64,000 nt of DNA from Lentisphaerales bacterium. Its GTDB lineage: Bacteria > Verrucomicrobiota > Kiritimatiellia > SPBP01. The notes below the pieces were generated by a model. It searched no databases. It saw nothing but the letters and a program-made list of their open reading frames with translations, and had not been told where the DNA came from. The position numbers and the translations under genes are program-made. This document shows, piece after piece, positions 10,457 through 19,691 of this stretch (positions are counted from its first letter, which is position 1; each line of letters starts with the position of its first letter). The stretch lies in assembly GCA_032123355.1 (NCBI GenBank), contig JAQBFM010000215.1, positions 9,325 through 73,324 on the forward strand. The letters are read 5' to 3'.

Positions 10457-12169
10457 TTGACTTGGCAACGCGAAGGCTTCATTATTCTCTGCCATGATTG
10501 GCGCGGACCAATGACCACCAATCGCGGGACTCACACAATGCAGCTTAATCTCAAAGACAACAGTACCGAACGACGGAGATTACTTCTCCGGGTGATAGCT
10601 CCCGCCTTTCCAGCATTCAACATCTATTCACGATTCGCACGCAGGATGACCGCACTCGGCCCGATCTGCGTCGCAACCGCCGCCCACGAAGTCGAGGGCT
10701 GGGATGTTGAAGTCATCGACGAGAACAACTACCGGGAATTCGCACCCAGCGATGAACATGGACGCCCCGATCATGAGGCGCTGCAGGATATACGACCTGC
10801 TGATGTTGTCGGTCTGTATGGGGGCCTGACATCTACAATTCCGCGGCTCTACGAAGTTGCCAACCTGTACCGGAATCGAGGAGTGCCGATCCTCGCCGGT
10901 GGTCAGCATTTCTGCGCAGAAAACATCCAGGATGCCCTCGATAACGGAGTCGATGTGATAGCCATCGGCGAAGGCGAACTGACTATACAGGACATACTCC
11001 GCCGCACGCAGGACCAGAAGCCCATTGACGACGTGCCCGGCATCGCCTTCTTACAGGACGGCCGACTCGTCCGAACCCAGGATCGCCCACCCATTGTTGA
11101 CTTCGAATCCATGCCACTCCCCGATTTCTCACTCCTTCGCAACACGCGCGTCAAAGTTTACCCGCTGTCCTGGACGCGGGGTTGCGGAATGAATTGTGAG
11201 TTTTGCACGGTTAAGGGAAAGCCCCGCTCGTCCTCGCCGGAACGCCTCTTCCGTCAGGTAACCTCCCTCGTCGAAAAACACAACGCCAGGTTCTTCTTCA
11301 TCGTTGACGACCTGTTTGGGCAGCATCGCACTGATGCACTCAAGTTTCTTTCACTTGTTACTGCCTATCAGCAGAAGATCAGTACCCGACTGAAGTTCAA
11401 CGTCCAGATACGCCTGGACAAGGCAAGTGATACAGAACTGCTCACCGCGATGAAAGCTGCAGGAGTTCGAACCGTCTGCATCGGCTTCGAATCGCCAATA
11501 GAAGAAGAACTCGTGGCGATGAACAAGAAACTCAAACCCGAAGAAATGATTGCGCTTGCCCGTATCTATCACAAGTTCGGATTCTTCGTTCACGGAATGT
11601 TCATCTTCGGCTACCCGCTTGTCGGCAAAGCCCAGTTTACAATGTCCGAAGGGGAACGCGTGCGACGCTTCAGAAAGTTCATAACAGCTGCCAGGATCGA
11701 TACTGTCCAGGTGCTGCTGCCGGTTCCATTGCCGGGCACCAAAATGACCGATCGAATCGTTAAGGCCGGCCGACTCTACTCCCGGGATCATGTCGGGTGG
11801 GAATACTACGATGGGAACTTCCCATGCTTTGAACCCGACCCGCCACTTTCTCCTGAGGAGTTGCATAGGGCCAGCATGAGGATCATGGGAAGCTTCTACC
11901 GGTTCCGTCATATGTTCACTGTCGCCATGCACGTACTGATGTTCCCAAGCATGGTTTTTTCACTCCATAATCTGCGATCAGCCTGGCACCAGTGGTATCA
12001 TGGTTGGAGAATCAGCCTCATCAGGTTCGGCGGATGGGTGACAATCAGGCGGTGGCTCAAGGAATTCAAGAAGGGCGTGTTTTCCAAAAAGCTTAGCGAC
12101 GCAAAACGTGTGTCAATCCGCCCCGACGAAAAAGGCCAGGAGAACTCCGCTTCTCATCTAGCCAACTAA
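10457..12169 (+). CDS. B12-binding domain radical SAM protein
   Basis: An N-terminal cobalamin-binding Rossmann region is followed by a CxxxCxxC radical SAM motif (GCGMNCEFC). The start is ambiguous (10457, 10511 or 10538). Confidence 0.8.
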   Translation: MTWQREGFIILCHDWRGPMTTNRGTHTMQLNLKDNSTERRRLLLRVIAPAFPAFNIYSRFARRMTALGPICVATAAHEVEGWDVEVIDENNYREFAPSDEHGRPDHEALQDIRPADVVGLYGGLTSTIPRLYEVANLYRNRGVPILAGGQHFCAENIQDALDNGVDVIAIGEGELTIQDILRRTQDQKPIDDVPGIAFLQDGRLVRTQDRPPIVDFESMPLPDFSLLRNTRVKVYPLSWTRGCGMNCEFCTVKGKPRSSSPERLFRQVTSLVEKHNARFFFIVDDLFGQHRTDALKFLSLVTAYQQKISTRLKFNVQIRLDKASDTELLTAMKAAGVRTVCIGFESPIEEELVAMNKKLKPEEMIALARIYHKFGFFVHGMFIFGYPLVGKAQFTMSEGERVRRFRKFITAARIDTVQVLLPVPLPGTKMTDRIVKAGRLYSRDHVGWEYYDGNFPCFEPDPPLSPEELHRASMRIMGSFYRFRHMFTVAMHVLMFPSMVFSLHNLRSAWHQWYHGWRISLIRFGGWVTIRRWLKEFKKGVFSKKLSDAKRVSIRPDEKGQENSASHLAN

Positions 12170-12194
12170 CACCATGTTGCCCGTCTCTCTGCAC

Positions 12195-12271
12195 AGCGCC
12201 CGTGGCTCAATTGGATAGAGCACCTGACTTCGGATCAGGATGTTGCAGGTTCGAGTCCTGCCGGGCGCGCC
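12195..12271 (+). tRNA. tRNA-Arg (anticodon TCG)
   Basis: Cloverleaf folded by hand. The 7-bp acceptor stem is GCGCCCG/CGGGCGC and the D stem is GCTC/GAGC. The anticodon stem is CCTGA/TCAGG with loop CTTCGGA (U33, TCG at 34-36). The T stem is GCAGG/CCTGC with a TTCGAGT loop, and CCA is encoded. Confidence 0.85.
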
Positions 12272-12577
12272 ATTCGTAACGTAATCCAGGCGAACCTCTT
12301 GCGAACATGATACCTGGACTCTTCGCCATGAAAGTGCCACTCAACGCCGCATGACGGCAGTCCTTTTCTACAGTTTCTTCTACGGCACGTTGTTCAATGT
12401 TGCATCGGGTTGAACTACGTGCAAAGCGCCCCGCAGATGACATCGCCTCGACTGGACTGACAAAGGCAAGTTTTGGCTCGGAAGCGCACGGGGTAACGTT
12501 ATGATGACATCCGTTTCTCGGGGTTTGCCTCATGGCTTCCGCGGGCCATCCGAGCTTCTCTGTCATAAGAACTTGTC

Positions 12578-12604
12578 TTGACATGGCCGGAGTTATATTA
12601 TACT
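12578..12604 (+). promoter_or_regulatory. Candidate sigma70-like promoter for abiEi (TTGACA ... TATACT)
   Basis: TTGACA lies at 12578-12583 and a TA-rich -10-like TATACT at 12599-12604 (15-nt spacer), ~40 bp upstream of the abiEi start. Confidence 0.3.
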
Positions 12605-12643
12605 TTGCTTTAATGGTGTGTACGCCCATTGTCGGGGAATGTA

Positions 12644-13441
12644 ATGAACTCAAAGCAACAGAAGCTGGGGGATCTCGCAACACGCTTCTTCGCTTATGTC
12701 CAGCTCAAGCGGAAGGAAACAGTTGCCACCGGTGAACTGCAGGATCAACTGGCCATTTCGCCCGCCAAAGAGCGGGATCTGCTCCGCCGACTCGCACGTT
12801 CTGGCTGGATTGTCAGGCTTCGGCGGGGCCTCTATCTTGTTCCCTCCCGAATTCCGGCTGGACGATATAGTCCCGGTGTTTATCTGGCTCTTCAGAAACT
12901 TATGGAAGACTGCCGGGGCGCTTACCAGATATGTGGCCCCAGTGCTTTCAGCTATTATGGATTCAGCGAACAGATAACCAACACTACCTACGTCTACAAC
13001 AACCGAATCTCCGGAGAACGTGTTATCGGAAGTCTCCGGTATGTGTTGATCAAAGTTGCCGATACGCGATTGGGAGGAATCGACCTTTTCGCGACTCCAA
13101 ACGGAGCACAGGCTGTCTATTCGTCCGAGGCCAGAACCCTTGTGGATGCTGTATATGACTGGTCCCGATTCAATAGTCTGCCTCGTGGCTATGACTGGAT
13201 TCGAGACTTTGTGTCCGACCGAAAGAAAGTCCAAGGACTCGTTGACACGACGTTGAGCTTCGGCAATCAAGCCACGCTACGTCGCATTGGCTATCTTCTT
13301 CAGTCTTTGGAACTGCCGAGCCGAATAGTCAGGAGACTCAAGCCTGCCTTAAATCCATCCAAGGCACTGATACCCTTGTTCCCCAACAAACCACAACGTG
13401 GACGAGTGAATCGGGAATGGGGGCTGATCATCAATGACTGA
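12644..13441 (+). CDS. abiEi: Type IV TA system AbiEi-family antitoxin (wHTH transcriptional regulator)
   Basis: N-terminal wHTH: GELQDQLAISPAKERDLLRRLARSGWIVRLRRGLYLVP. A COG5340-like C-terminal domain follows. The stop overlaps the downstream toxin start by 8 nt. The alternative TTG start is at 12629. Confidence 0.8.
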   Translation: MNSKQQKLGDLATRFFAYVQLKRKETVATGELQDQLAISPAKERDLLRRLARSGWIVRLRRGLYLVPSRIPAGRYSPGVYLALQKLMEDCRGAYQICGPSAFSYYGFSEQITNTTYVYNNRISGERVIGSLRYVLIKVADTRLGGIDLFATPNGAQAVYSSEARTLVDAVYDWSRFNSLPRGYDWIRDFVSDRKKVQGLVDTTLSFGNQATLRRIGYLLQSLELPSRIVRRLKPALNPSKALIPLFPNKPQRGRVNREWGLIIND

Positions 13442-14321
13442 AAGAGAATTCGATATGAACAGTTTCCACAATGACCCTGATCTTTTCAGTGCCGCCCTGG
13501 CCGATACTGAAGCTGCATCAGGTTTCACCGCTCGTCTCATTGAGAAGGACTACTTCTGCTCACTCGTGCTGGGCCTCCTGTATAACAAGATTGACTTGCC
13601 TTTGGTCTTCAAGGGTGGAACGTGCCTGAGCAAGGTCTACACTGACTTCTATCGGCTCAGCGAGGATCTGGATTTCATCATACCGATGGAAACTGACTCC
13701 AAGCAGACAGCGCGGCATTCAAGAATCAAGCCGGTGAAGCAGCGCCTGCCACAACTGCGAGATGAGATTCCGTCACTGCAATTGGTCTCTCCCTTAAACG
13801 GGCACAATCAGTCCACTCACTACGCGGCACATCTCGCCTATCAATCTGCAGTCACCGGCCGGCAAGAGTCGATCAAGATCAAAATCGGGCTGCGCGAACC
13901 GTTGCTGCGAGCAGTGCAGTCTCGAGCGGCACACACTTTGATAGTCAGTGGACTCACTCGACGACCAGTCATTCCACCATTCGACGTTGTCGTAATGGAT
14001 ATCCAGGAAGCGTACGCTGAAAAATGCCGGGCTGCTCTAACGCGGAAGGAACCGGCAATTCGAGATATATTCGACATTGACCATGGAATGAAACAACTTG
14101 GCATTGACATGTTCAGCCCCGAGTTCATGAGCATGGTGAAAGAAAAACTTGCGATACCGGGCAATGACCAAATCGACACCGCTGCGAACCGAAAAGAAAT
14201 GCTCTTGAGGCAGCTCGACACGGAACTCAGGCCCGTTCTCAGGCGGAGCGATTTTGATCAGTTCGATCTCGAGACTGCATTCGAAGCCGTCTATCGACTC
14301 GCCCAGACAATTAGAAGCTGA
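13434..14321 (+). CDS. abiEii: AbiEii/AbiGii-family nucleotidyltransferase toxin (DUF1814)
   Basis: Hallmark motifs LVFKGGTCLSKVY ... SEDLDF. The gene is the right size (295 aa) and sits immediately downstream of abiEi with an overlap. Confidence 0.85.
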   Translation: MTEREFDMNSFHNDPDLFSAALADTEAASGFTARLIEKDYFCSLVLGLLYNKIDLPLVFKGGTCLSKVYTDFYRLSEDLDFIIPMETDSKQTARHSRIKPVKQRLPQLRDEIPSLQLVSPLNGHNQSTHYAAHLAYQSAVTGRQESIKIKIGLREPLLRAVQSRAAHTLIVSGLTRRPVIPPFDVVVMDIQEAYAEKCRAALTRKEPAIRDIFDIDHGMKQLGIDMFSPEFMSMVKEKLAIPGNDQIDTAANRKEMLLRQLDTELRPVLRRSDFDQFDLETAFEAVYRLAQTIRS

Positions 14322-14490
14322 AGTCATTGTGCTTGCTCACGAGGCAGGCGCGAAACTCCTGCTGATGGACAAAAAGAGCGGACGCAGCATAGCTGCTCAG
14401 GAGGGACTGAACGTGGTCGGGTTGGTGGGCGTTTTGGTCATGGCGAAGGAGAGCCGAACAATTGAATCCAGAGACTGTTTGTCGCTACCA
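14314..14490 (+). pseudogene. Remnant of a DUF3368 (PIN-like, UPF0175-partner) gene; C-terminal fragment only
   Basis: EAEVIVLAHEAGAKLLLMDKKSGRSIAAQEGLNVVGLVGVLVMAKESRTI matches the conserved C-terminal block of DUF3368 proteins. It has no N-terminal half and no start codon, and it overlaps the abiEii end in another frame. Confidence 0.45.
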
Positions 14491-14669
14491 CGCCAACGCC
14501 TTGCCTCAATGCCACTGAAGCCGGCTTTCTTTTCTACGGTTTCTTCTACGGCACGCTGCCCTCGTAGAAGAACGCTTTCTCCCAGGTGTCGGGCTGGGAA
14601 CCTGTGGGGTCAAATGGCTCGACCCAGCTTCCATCGGGGTGTTTCGGAGCAACAGGGCGGCGTCACTCT

Positions 14670-14790
14670 CATTGCTCCTCAAGTGCGTCGCCTTTCTGCG
14701 GTTCCTGAACTCGCTTTGCCTCGCGGGCAAGAAAGAGATGAGCCATGGCAATGCCGCGGTTACCACCGACCAGACACTTGCCGTGCTCGG
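14670..14790 (-). pseudogene. 3'-terminal fragment of a NUDIX hydrolase gene (duplicate of the 18633-19184 gene end)
   Basis: The minus-strand frame reads ...LVGGNRGIAMAHLFLAREAKRVQEPQKGDALEEQ*. The stretch from GGNRG is nucleotide-identical (98/99) to the corresponding segment of the intact NUDIX gene. Upstream similarity stops and an in-frame stop follows. Confidence 0.5.
14673..14771. repeat. Left copy of a ~99-bp direct repeat (DR; 86 bp exact + 12 bp with 1 mismatch)
   Basis: Identical to 18754-18852 apart from G14685 vs T18766. Confidence 0.85.
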
Positions 14791-14929
14791 TCACTGCAAG
14801 AGAAACTGGAACGTCCGGTGGCCATTTCCACAAATCTGGTGACGACAGGCTGGTATGTGCTAGGGTTCTTGCCCGTGGCCGTGCTCTGGCGTCGAGTCAG
14901 TCACAGGATCTCGCAGGCGAAGGAGTTTC

Positions 14930-16687
14930 ATGACGGTGCGAACTCAATATTCCGTGCGGATGCTCCTGCCCTATCTCCGCCGCTATCGCCGCGTGCTGCT
15001 CCTGGCCATCATCGGGACGGCAGCCTTTAATGCTTTGTCGCTTACACCACCACTGATCTTTCGACATTTAATCGATAGCGTGGTTGAACCCGGCAAATGG
15101 GATCGACTTGCTCTGGTGATTGCAATCTACCTGGCCGCTCCGCTGCTGGCCCAGGCGGTTCAGTTCGTCGTCGCTCAGGTCATCGTGTCAATTGCTCATC
15201 GGATGGTTGCAGATATTCGGATCGGGCTGTATCGCCTGCTCTTACGATTGAGCATGCGATTCCACGGCGAGACATCCACAGGAAGCCTGGTCACGCGGCT
15301 TATGGGCGATGTCGGCACGCTCCAACAGCTGGTGTCCGGCCAGACCATCCAGCTCGTGGGCGACTTAATGGTTTTTCTCTTTTCGGTATTCATCGCCTTC
15401 TCCATTCATCATGTGCTTGCCGCCATTCTAGTGGTAGTTGCCGTTCTGTACGCAGGAGCTTACCTCGTGTTCTCTCGCCATATTCGGGCGGCAACACATT
15501 CCATGCGGACGGTGAACGATCTGCTGGTGGGCCGGCTTCAGGAAACCTTACACGGCGTGCGCCATGTACGCATATACAGCCGTGAGATCGATGAACGGGA
15601 AACGTTTCTACAGCGGGCAACGCAGGGACTCGATCATGCCCTCTCCAGCGGCATGAGTTCCGTCGGGCTTGGAGCGACATGCACCGTGATTGCCGGGTAT
15701 GGGTCTACGGTCATCTACGCGCTCGCCGGCTACTACGTTCTGTGTGATGAAATGACGCTGGGCGATCTGCTCGCCCTGAATACGTACGTATGGATGGCCC
15801 TCAACCCCGCGCTACGGCTAGCCGCGTTTGCCGGCCAGTTTTCCGAGGTCCGTGTTTCGTTACAGCGCGTCCTTGAGCTTCTGGTTATGGAGCCAGACAT
15901 CAGTTCGAAGCCAGGGGCGCCGGATATGAGGTGTACGGAGGGTCGGGTCGAGTTCCGCGATATCGGGTTCCGCTACAAGGAGGATGAGCCCTTGTTCCAG
16001 GGTCTCACGCTGTCTGTGGAGCCCAATACAACCGTGGCACTGGTAGGGCATACCGGGTGCGGCAAAACGACGCTGACGGCTCTGCTCATGCGGCTATGGG
16101 ACGTGCGGGAGGGCCGGGTCCTTATCGATGGAACAGACGTACGGTCGGTAAGCCTGTCCAGTCTGCGGAACATTTTCGGAGTGGTACTGCAGGACCCGAT
16201 AGTCTTTGAGGGCACAATCGCCGAGAACATCGCCTATGGCAGGCCGGAGGCGTCACGACAAGAGATCGAAGATGCCGCCCGAACGGCCGAGGTAATCCAA
16301 TTCTCGGGACAATTGCCAAACGGACTTGACTCAATGTTGGGGACGTATGGCGTGAAGCTCTCCGTTGGACAGAAGCAGCGAGTCAGTATTGCACGGGCCA
16401 TTCTGCGAAATCCACCCATTCTCGTGATGGATGAAGCCACAAGCGCCCTCGACAGTGAGGCCGAGGCCGCGATTCAACGAGCGGTGGCGCGCGTATTGAA
16501 AGGGCGCACGAGTTTCGTGGTAGCCCACCGGCTCTCAACAATCGTTGGCGCGGATCTCATCGTGGTCATGGACCATGGTAGCATTGTCGAGAAGGGCACG
16601 CATGAGGAACTGATGCAGATCCCCGGAGGCCTGTACCACAGATTGTACAAGGAGTTGCAGCGTGCTGGCAGGGAGGGGGCATCATGA
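14930..16687 (+). CDS. ABC exporter subunit, fused TMD-NBD (MsbA/ABCB-like), half of a heterodimer
   Basis: Six TM helices are followed by Walker A (GHTGCGKTT), the ABC signature (LSVGQKQR) and Walker B (ILVMDEATSALD). AGGAG RBS at 14921-14925. Confidence 0.85.
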   Translation: MTVRTQYSVRMLLPYLRRYRRVLLLAIIGTAAFNALSLTPPLIFRHLIDSVVEPGKWDRLALVIAIYLAAPLLAQAVQFVVAQVIVSIAHRMVADIRIGLYRLLLRLSMRFHGETSTGSLVTRLMGDVGTLQQLVSGQTIQLVGDLMVFLFSVFIAFSIHHVLAAILVVVAVLYAGAYLVFSRHIRAATHSMRTVNDLLVGRLQETLHGVRHVRIYSREIDERETFLQRATQGLDHALSSGMSSVGLGATCTVIAGYGSTVIYALAGYYVLCDEMTLGDLLALNTYVWMALNPALRLAAFAGQFSEVRVSLQRVLELLVMEPDISSKPGAPDMRCTEGRVEFRDIGFRYKEDEPLFQGLTLSVEPNTTVALVGHTGCGKTTLTALLMRLWDVREGRVLIDGTDVRSVSLSSLRNIFGVVLQDPIVFEGTIAENIAYGRPEASRQEIEDAARTAEVIQFSGQLPNGLDSMLGTYGVKLSVGQKQRVSIARAILRNPPILVMDEATSALDSEAEAAIQRAVARVLKGRTSFVVAHRLSTIVGADLIVVMDHGSIVEKGTHEELMQIPGGLYHRLYKELQRAGREGAS

Positions 16688-18549
16688 CGACGTCCTCACA
16701 CCGCCGCCGGCGACTCCATCGTATTATCAAGGAGTCACAATCTGATGCGCAGGAACAGACTGGTGTCCAGGCAGGAGACCTGCAACGCCTCTGGCGTGTA
16801 TACCTGACAACTCACCGATGGGCTGTAGCCGGCATGCTGGCGGCACTCGTGGTCTGGGCATCCGTCCCGTACTTTTTCGCCCTGACCCATCGGTACATGA
16901 TCGATGGAATCCTGGTCCCGGGAGCGGGTGCGATGATCGGTGATCACAGCGCTCTGCTACCAAAGTTCCTCCTTGGGCTCGGGTTGGTGTTCGGCGCGAA
17001 TATGCTGCTGCACACCGTCAACCTCGTCTGTAACTGGACTGTATCATCCTCTACGTTGAAGATTGGCCGGGACGTCGCGCTGCGATTGCGCGATCAGCTT
17101 TATCTGAAGTTGAACACCCTGCACCTGGGCTACTATGACCGTACCCAGTCGGGGCGTGTCGTAGCCCGTGTACAGGCGGATGTCGGCCAGATCCAGAATA
17201 CCGTAACGGGACACCTGGCGTCGCTCCTTATTGAACCAATCAAGCTGACGGTCGGATTTGCTGTCCTTTTCTGGCTCGATTGGCGACTTGCGCGCATCCT
17301 TGCCGTGGCAGCACCGCTGTATGCCGGAATCTTTATTCTGCTGCGTCCCCGAATTCGAGTAAACGGCATGGCACAAAGCCGGCTCAACTCGCGGCTGTAC
17401 GGACTGACAGCTGAGCGACTCGAGGCAATCCAGGTCGTAAAGGCCTTCGGGAAGGAACGGGGGGAGCTTGGAGTATTCAGTCGTGCCGTCCATAACGGGG
17501 TCCGTCTTGCACAACGCCACGCCTTGTACAATCAGGGCCTTTCCTTTGCAGCAAGTGCTCTGAGCGCCGTAGCGGTCACTGGCATTCTGCTACACGGTCT
17601 ACTGTCGGTGCGTGACGGCCTGCACGGCATGACCTTGGGATCTGTTGTTGCCTTTGTCCATCTCGCGCAGCAGGTCTTTCAGCCGATTCAAACGCTCACG
17701 GCTATGGGAGCCGTAGTGCAGACGACCATGGTCTCGCTCCGTCGCATCTTCACGCTTCTGGATGAGCCGTGCCCCACGATGTCCGGTGGGATTACCCTTG
17801 CCGGCATGGCGGGTAAGATCCGGCTCGAACACGTAACATTCAGCTATCCCTCACAAAGCCGGCCAGCGTTGCGTGACTTGTCCTTGGAGGTCCGCGCGGG
17901 TGATCATGTGGCGATCATGGGCCCGTCTGGAAGCGGGAAGAGCACGCTGTTTAACATGCTTCTTCGTTTCTATGAACCCCAGCAAGGGAGGATCTTCGTT
18001 GGCGGAGTTGACATCACGGACGCAGATGTAGCCTCTCTGCGTCGCCATGTGCGCTATGTCCAACAAGAGCCTTTCATCTTCTCGGGCACCATTGCGGATA
18101 GTATCCGTTACGGGTGTCCTGACGCAACGGACTCACAGATTGCTGCAGTCGCGGGACTTGCCGAGATGCAGGAGTTTATCTCCGGTCTGCCCGAACGTTA
18201 TGACACCGTGATCGGCGAGAGCGGCATTGGACTTTCTGGCGGCCAGCGCCAACGGCTTGCTCTGGCAACAGCCCTGTTGACGGACCCGGAAATTCTGCTT
18301 CTCGACGACGCTACAAGCGCGTTGGACGCCGAGACCGAGGCGCGCATCCGGAAAACGCTACGCAGCGTCATGGCCGGACGCACAAGTCTAATCATCACCC
18401 AGCGCATCTCCACAGCAAGGAATTGCGACCATATCATTGTTTTGGAGGAGGGCGGCGTCACTCAGTCGGGCACGCATGATGAGCTGACCTCGGCAGATGG
18501 ATTCTACCGGCGTATCTGCAAACAACAGGATGTCGATAGTCATGCCTGA
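16684..18549 (+). CDS. ABC exporter subunit, fused TMD-NBD, second half of the heterodimer
   Basis: The ATGA overlap with the upstream gene implies coupling. Walker A GPSGSGKST, signature LSGGQRQR, Walker B LLLDDATSALD. Confidence 0.85.
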   Translation: MTTSSHRRRRLHRIIKESQSDAQEQTGVQAGDLQRLWRVYLTTHRWAVAGMLAALVVWASVPYFFALTHRYMIDGILVPGAGAMIGDHSALLPKFLLGLGLVFGANMLLHTVNLVCNWTVSSSTLKIGRDVALRLRDQLYLKLNTLHLGYYDRTQSGRVVARVQADVGQIQNTVTGHLASLLIEPIKLTVGFAVLFWLDWRLARILAVAAPLYAGIFILLRPRIRVNGMAQSRLNSRLYGLTAERLEAIQVVKAFGKERGELGVFSRAVHNGVRLAQRHALYNQGLSFAASALSAVAVTGILLHGLLSVRDGLHGMTLGSVVAFVHLAQQVFQPIQTLTAMGAVVQTTMVSLRRIFTLLDEPCPTMSGGITLAGMAGKIRLEHVTFSYPSQSRPALRDLSLEVRAGDHVAIMGPSGSGKSTLFNMLLRFYEPQQGRIFVGGVDITDADVASLRRHVRYVQQEPFIFSGTIADSIRYGCPDATDSQIAAVAGLAEMQEFISGLPERYDTVIGESGIGLSGGQRQRLALATALLTDPEILLLDDATSALDAETEARIRKTLRSVMAGRTSLIITQRISTARNCDHIIVLEEGGVTQSGTHDELTSADGFYRRICKQQDVDSHA

Positions 18550-18632
18550 TGCGATAGTCAAAACGGTCGCGCGGGTGACGGGTCCACCGCAGATAGAGTC
18601 ATCGGGACGCAAATCCAGCTCAGTTTGCCCAG

Positions 18633-19184
18633 TCAGGATCCTGGCCGCAGTTGTCTGAGTGCAAGTGACACAAGTGCTGCCCATGCCAGCACCTTGAACT
18701 CACCATTGGTCAGCGCCGTTTCGAGTTCCTGCAGGCTGAGCTGGACCTCTTCCTGCTCCTCAAGTTCGTCGCCTTTCTGCGGTTCCTGAACTCGCTTTGC
18801 CTCGCGGGCAAGAAAGAGATGAGCCATGGCAATGCCGCGGTTACCACCGACCCGGTAGCTGCCAAGCTTGACCCAGTCCGGCGCTTCATATCCCGTTTCT
18901 TCTAGAAGCTCCCGCTTTGCCGTTGCAACCGGCTCCTCGCCCGGTTCCAGGTACCCGCCGACCGGCGCCAGCACAATGCCCTCGACCCCGTACTTAGGCT
19001 GACGAAAGACCAGAGCTGTGCCGTCGGTTGTAATCGGCAGGATATTGACAAAGTCCGGCGTGATAATCCATGGCCAATCGGAAATGACCCGACCGTCCGG
19101 CAGTTGAACTGCGTGTTCCTCGACAGTAAGGAACTTGCTGTGCTCCAGCACGGTCCGGCGCGAAAGTGTCTTCCATATCTGCAT
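18633..19184 (-). CDS. NUDIX hydrolase (ADP-ribose pyrophosphatase-like)
   Basis: Nudix box GGYLEPGEEPVATAKRELLEETG. Confidence 0.8.
   Translation of the reverse strand: MQIWKTLSRRTVLEHSKFLTVEEHAVQLPDGRVISDWPWIITPDFVNILPITTDGTALVFRQPKYGVEGIVLAPVGGYLEPGEEPVATAKRELLEETGYEAPDWVKLGSYRVGGNRGIAMAHLFLAREAKRVQEPQKGDELEEQEEVQLSLQELETALTNGEFKVLAWAALVSLALRQLRPGS
18754..18852. repeat. Right copy of the ~99-bp direct repeat (DR), inside the NUDIX CDS
   Basis: See 14673-14771. Confidence 0.85.
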
Positions 19185-19436
19185 CTCTGTCTCCTACCAG
19201 CATCCTGTCGGACTTCCCGCCAGAGGCGGGTCTGCCTTCGGCATGATCCGCTTCTCTGCAGATCCGCCATGCTGCTGGATAATCCCGATTTCATCGGGAT
19301 CTGAAGGATTATGAGTTGGAGCGTATTGGAAATCAAGATATCGCGAGCAACGGGGCATCATTCTTATCACCGGCATGAACATAACGCCTGAGCGTTGCTG
19401 GCAGCTACCAGGCAACGTTCCACAAAATCAGCGATC

Positions 19437-19507
19437 AGTTTTGCGAAGCAACACTCACTAGAAGCGTGAGGACTTTGCGTTCAACGCAAAGTCCTCACGC
19501 TTCTAGT
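19437..19507. repeat. REP-like double-hairpin element R1 (copy a)
   Basis: A short palindrome GTTTTGCGAAGCAA(C)AC precedes a perfect 23-bp stem (19457-19479 / 19485-19507) with loop TTCAA. Homologous copies lie at ~44210-44290 (inverted, degenerate) and 45311-45383. Confidence 0.7.
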
Positions 19508-19691
19508 GGTCGTTGAGTACTTCTATCATCGCGGCGACGTTTTCCGACTTGCCGGTGAAGCTGACCTCGTACGGGATCTTGTCGGGCCGCTTGTGGCGCA
19601 GGCTGGTTATTACGCGCTCTTTGTTTGTCATAACTGTTCTCCCGGATAGTATTCCCTGCTCATTCCCTACACCCTCCCTCGCCACTTGCCA

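Noticed and set aside
12207-12683. 158-aa ORF, with 12158-12340 on the minus strand
   Set aside because: It overlaps tRNA-Arg. The GAPGRTRTCN peptide is the classic translation of a tRNA T-arm and acceptor stem. It has no RBS.
14254-15030. 258-aa ORF
   Set aside because: It is a chimera. It begins overlapping abiEii in another frame, then contains the DUF3368 remnant, then runs through non-coding DNA and the NUDIX fragment in antisense. Only the 14314-14490 part has protein-like similarity, and I annotated that as a pseudogene.
14673-18852. Possibility that the 99-bp duplicate is an assembly artefact
   Set aside because: I did not fully reject this. However, the left copy is embedded in unique flanks on both sides and encodes a frame-consistent NUDIX C-terminus followed by a stop. 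That fits a genuine duplicated gene end better than a chimeric join.
19503-19685. 60-aa minus-strand ORF (MTNKERVITSLRHKRPDKIPYEVSFTGKSENVAAMIEVLNDH) downstream of the FtsX permease
   Set aside because: It has no recognisable homology, and its stop codon is formed by the R1 hairpin. It might be a real small protein, but the evidence is insufficient.
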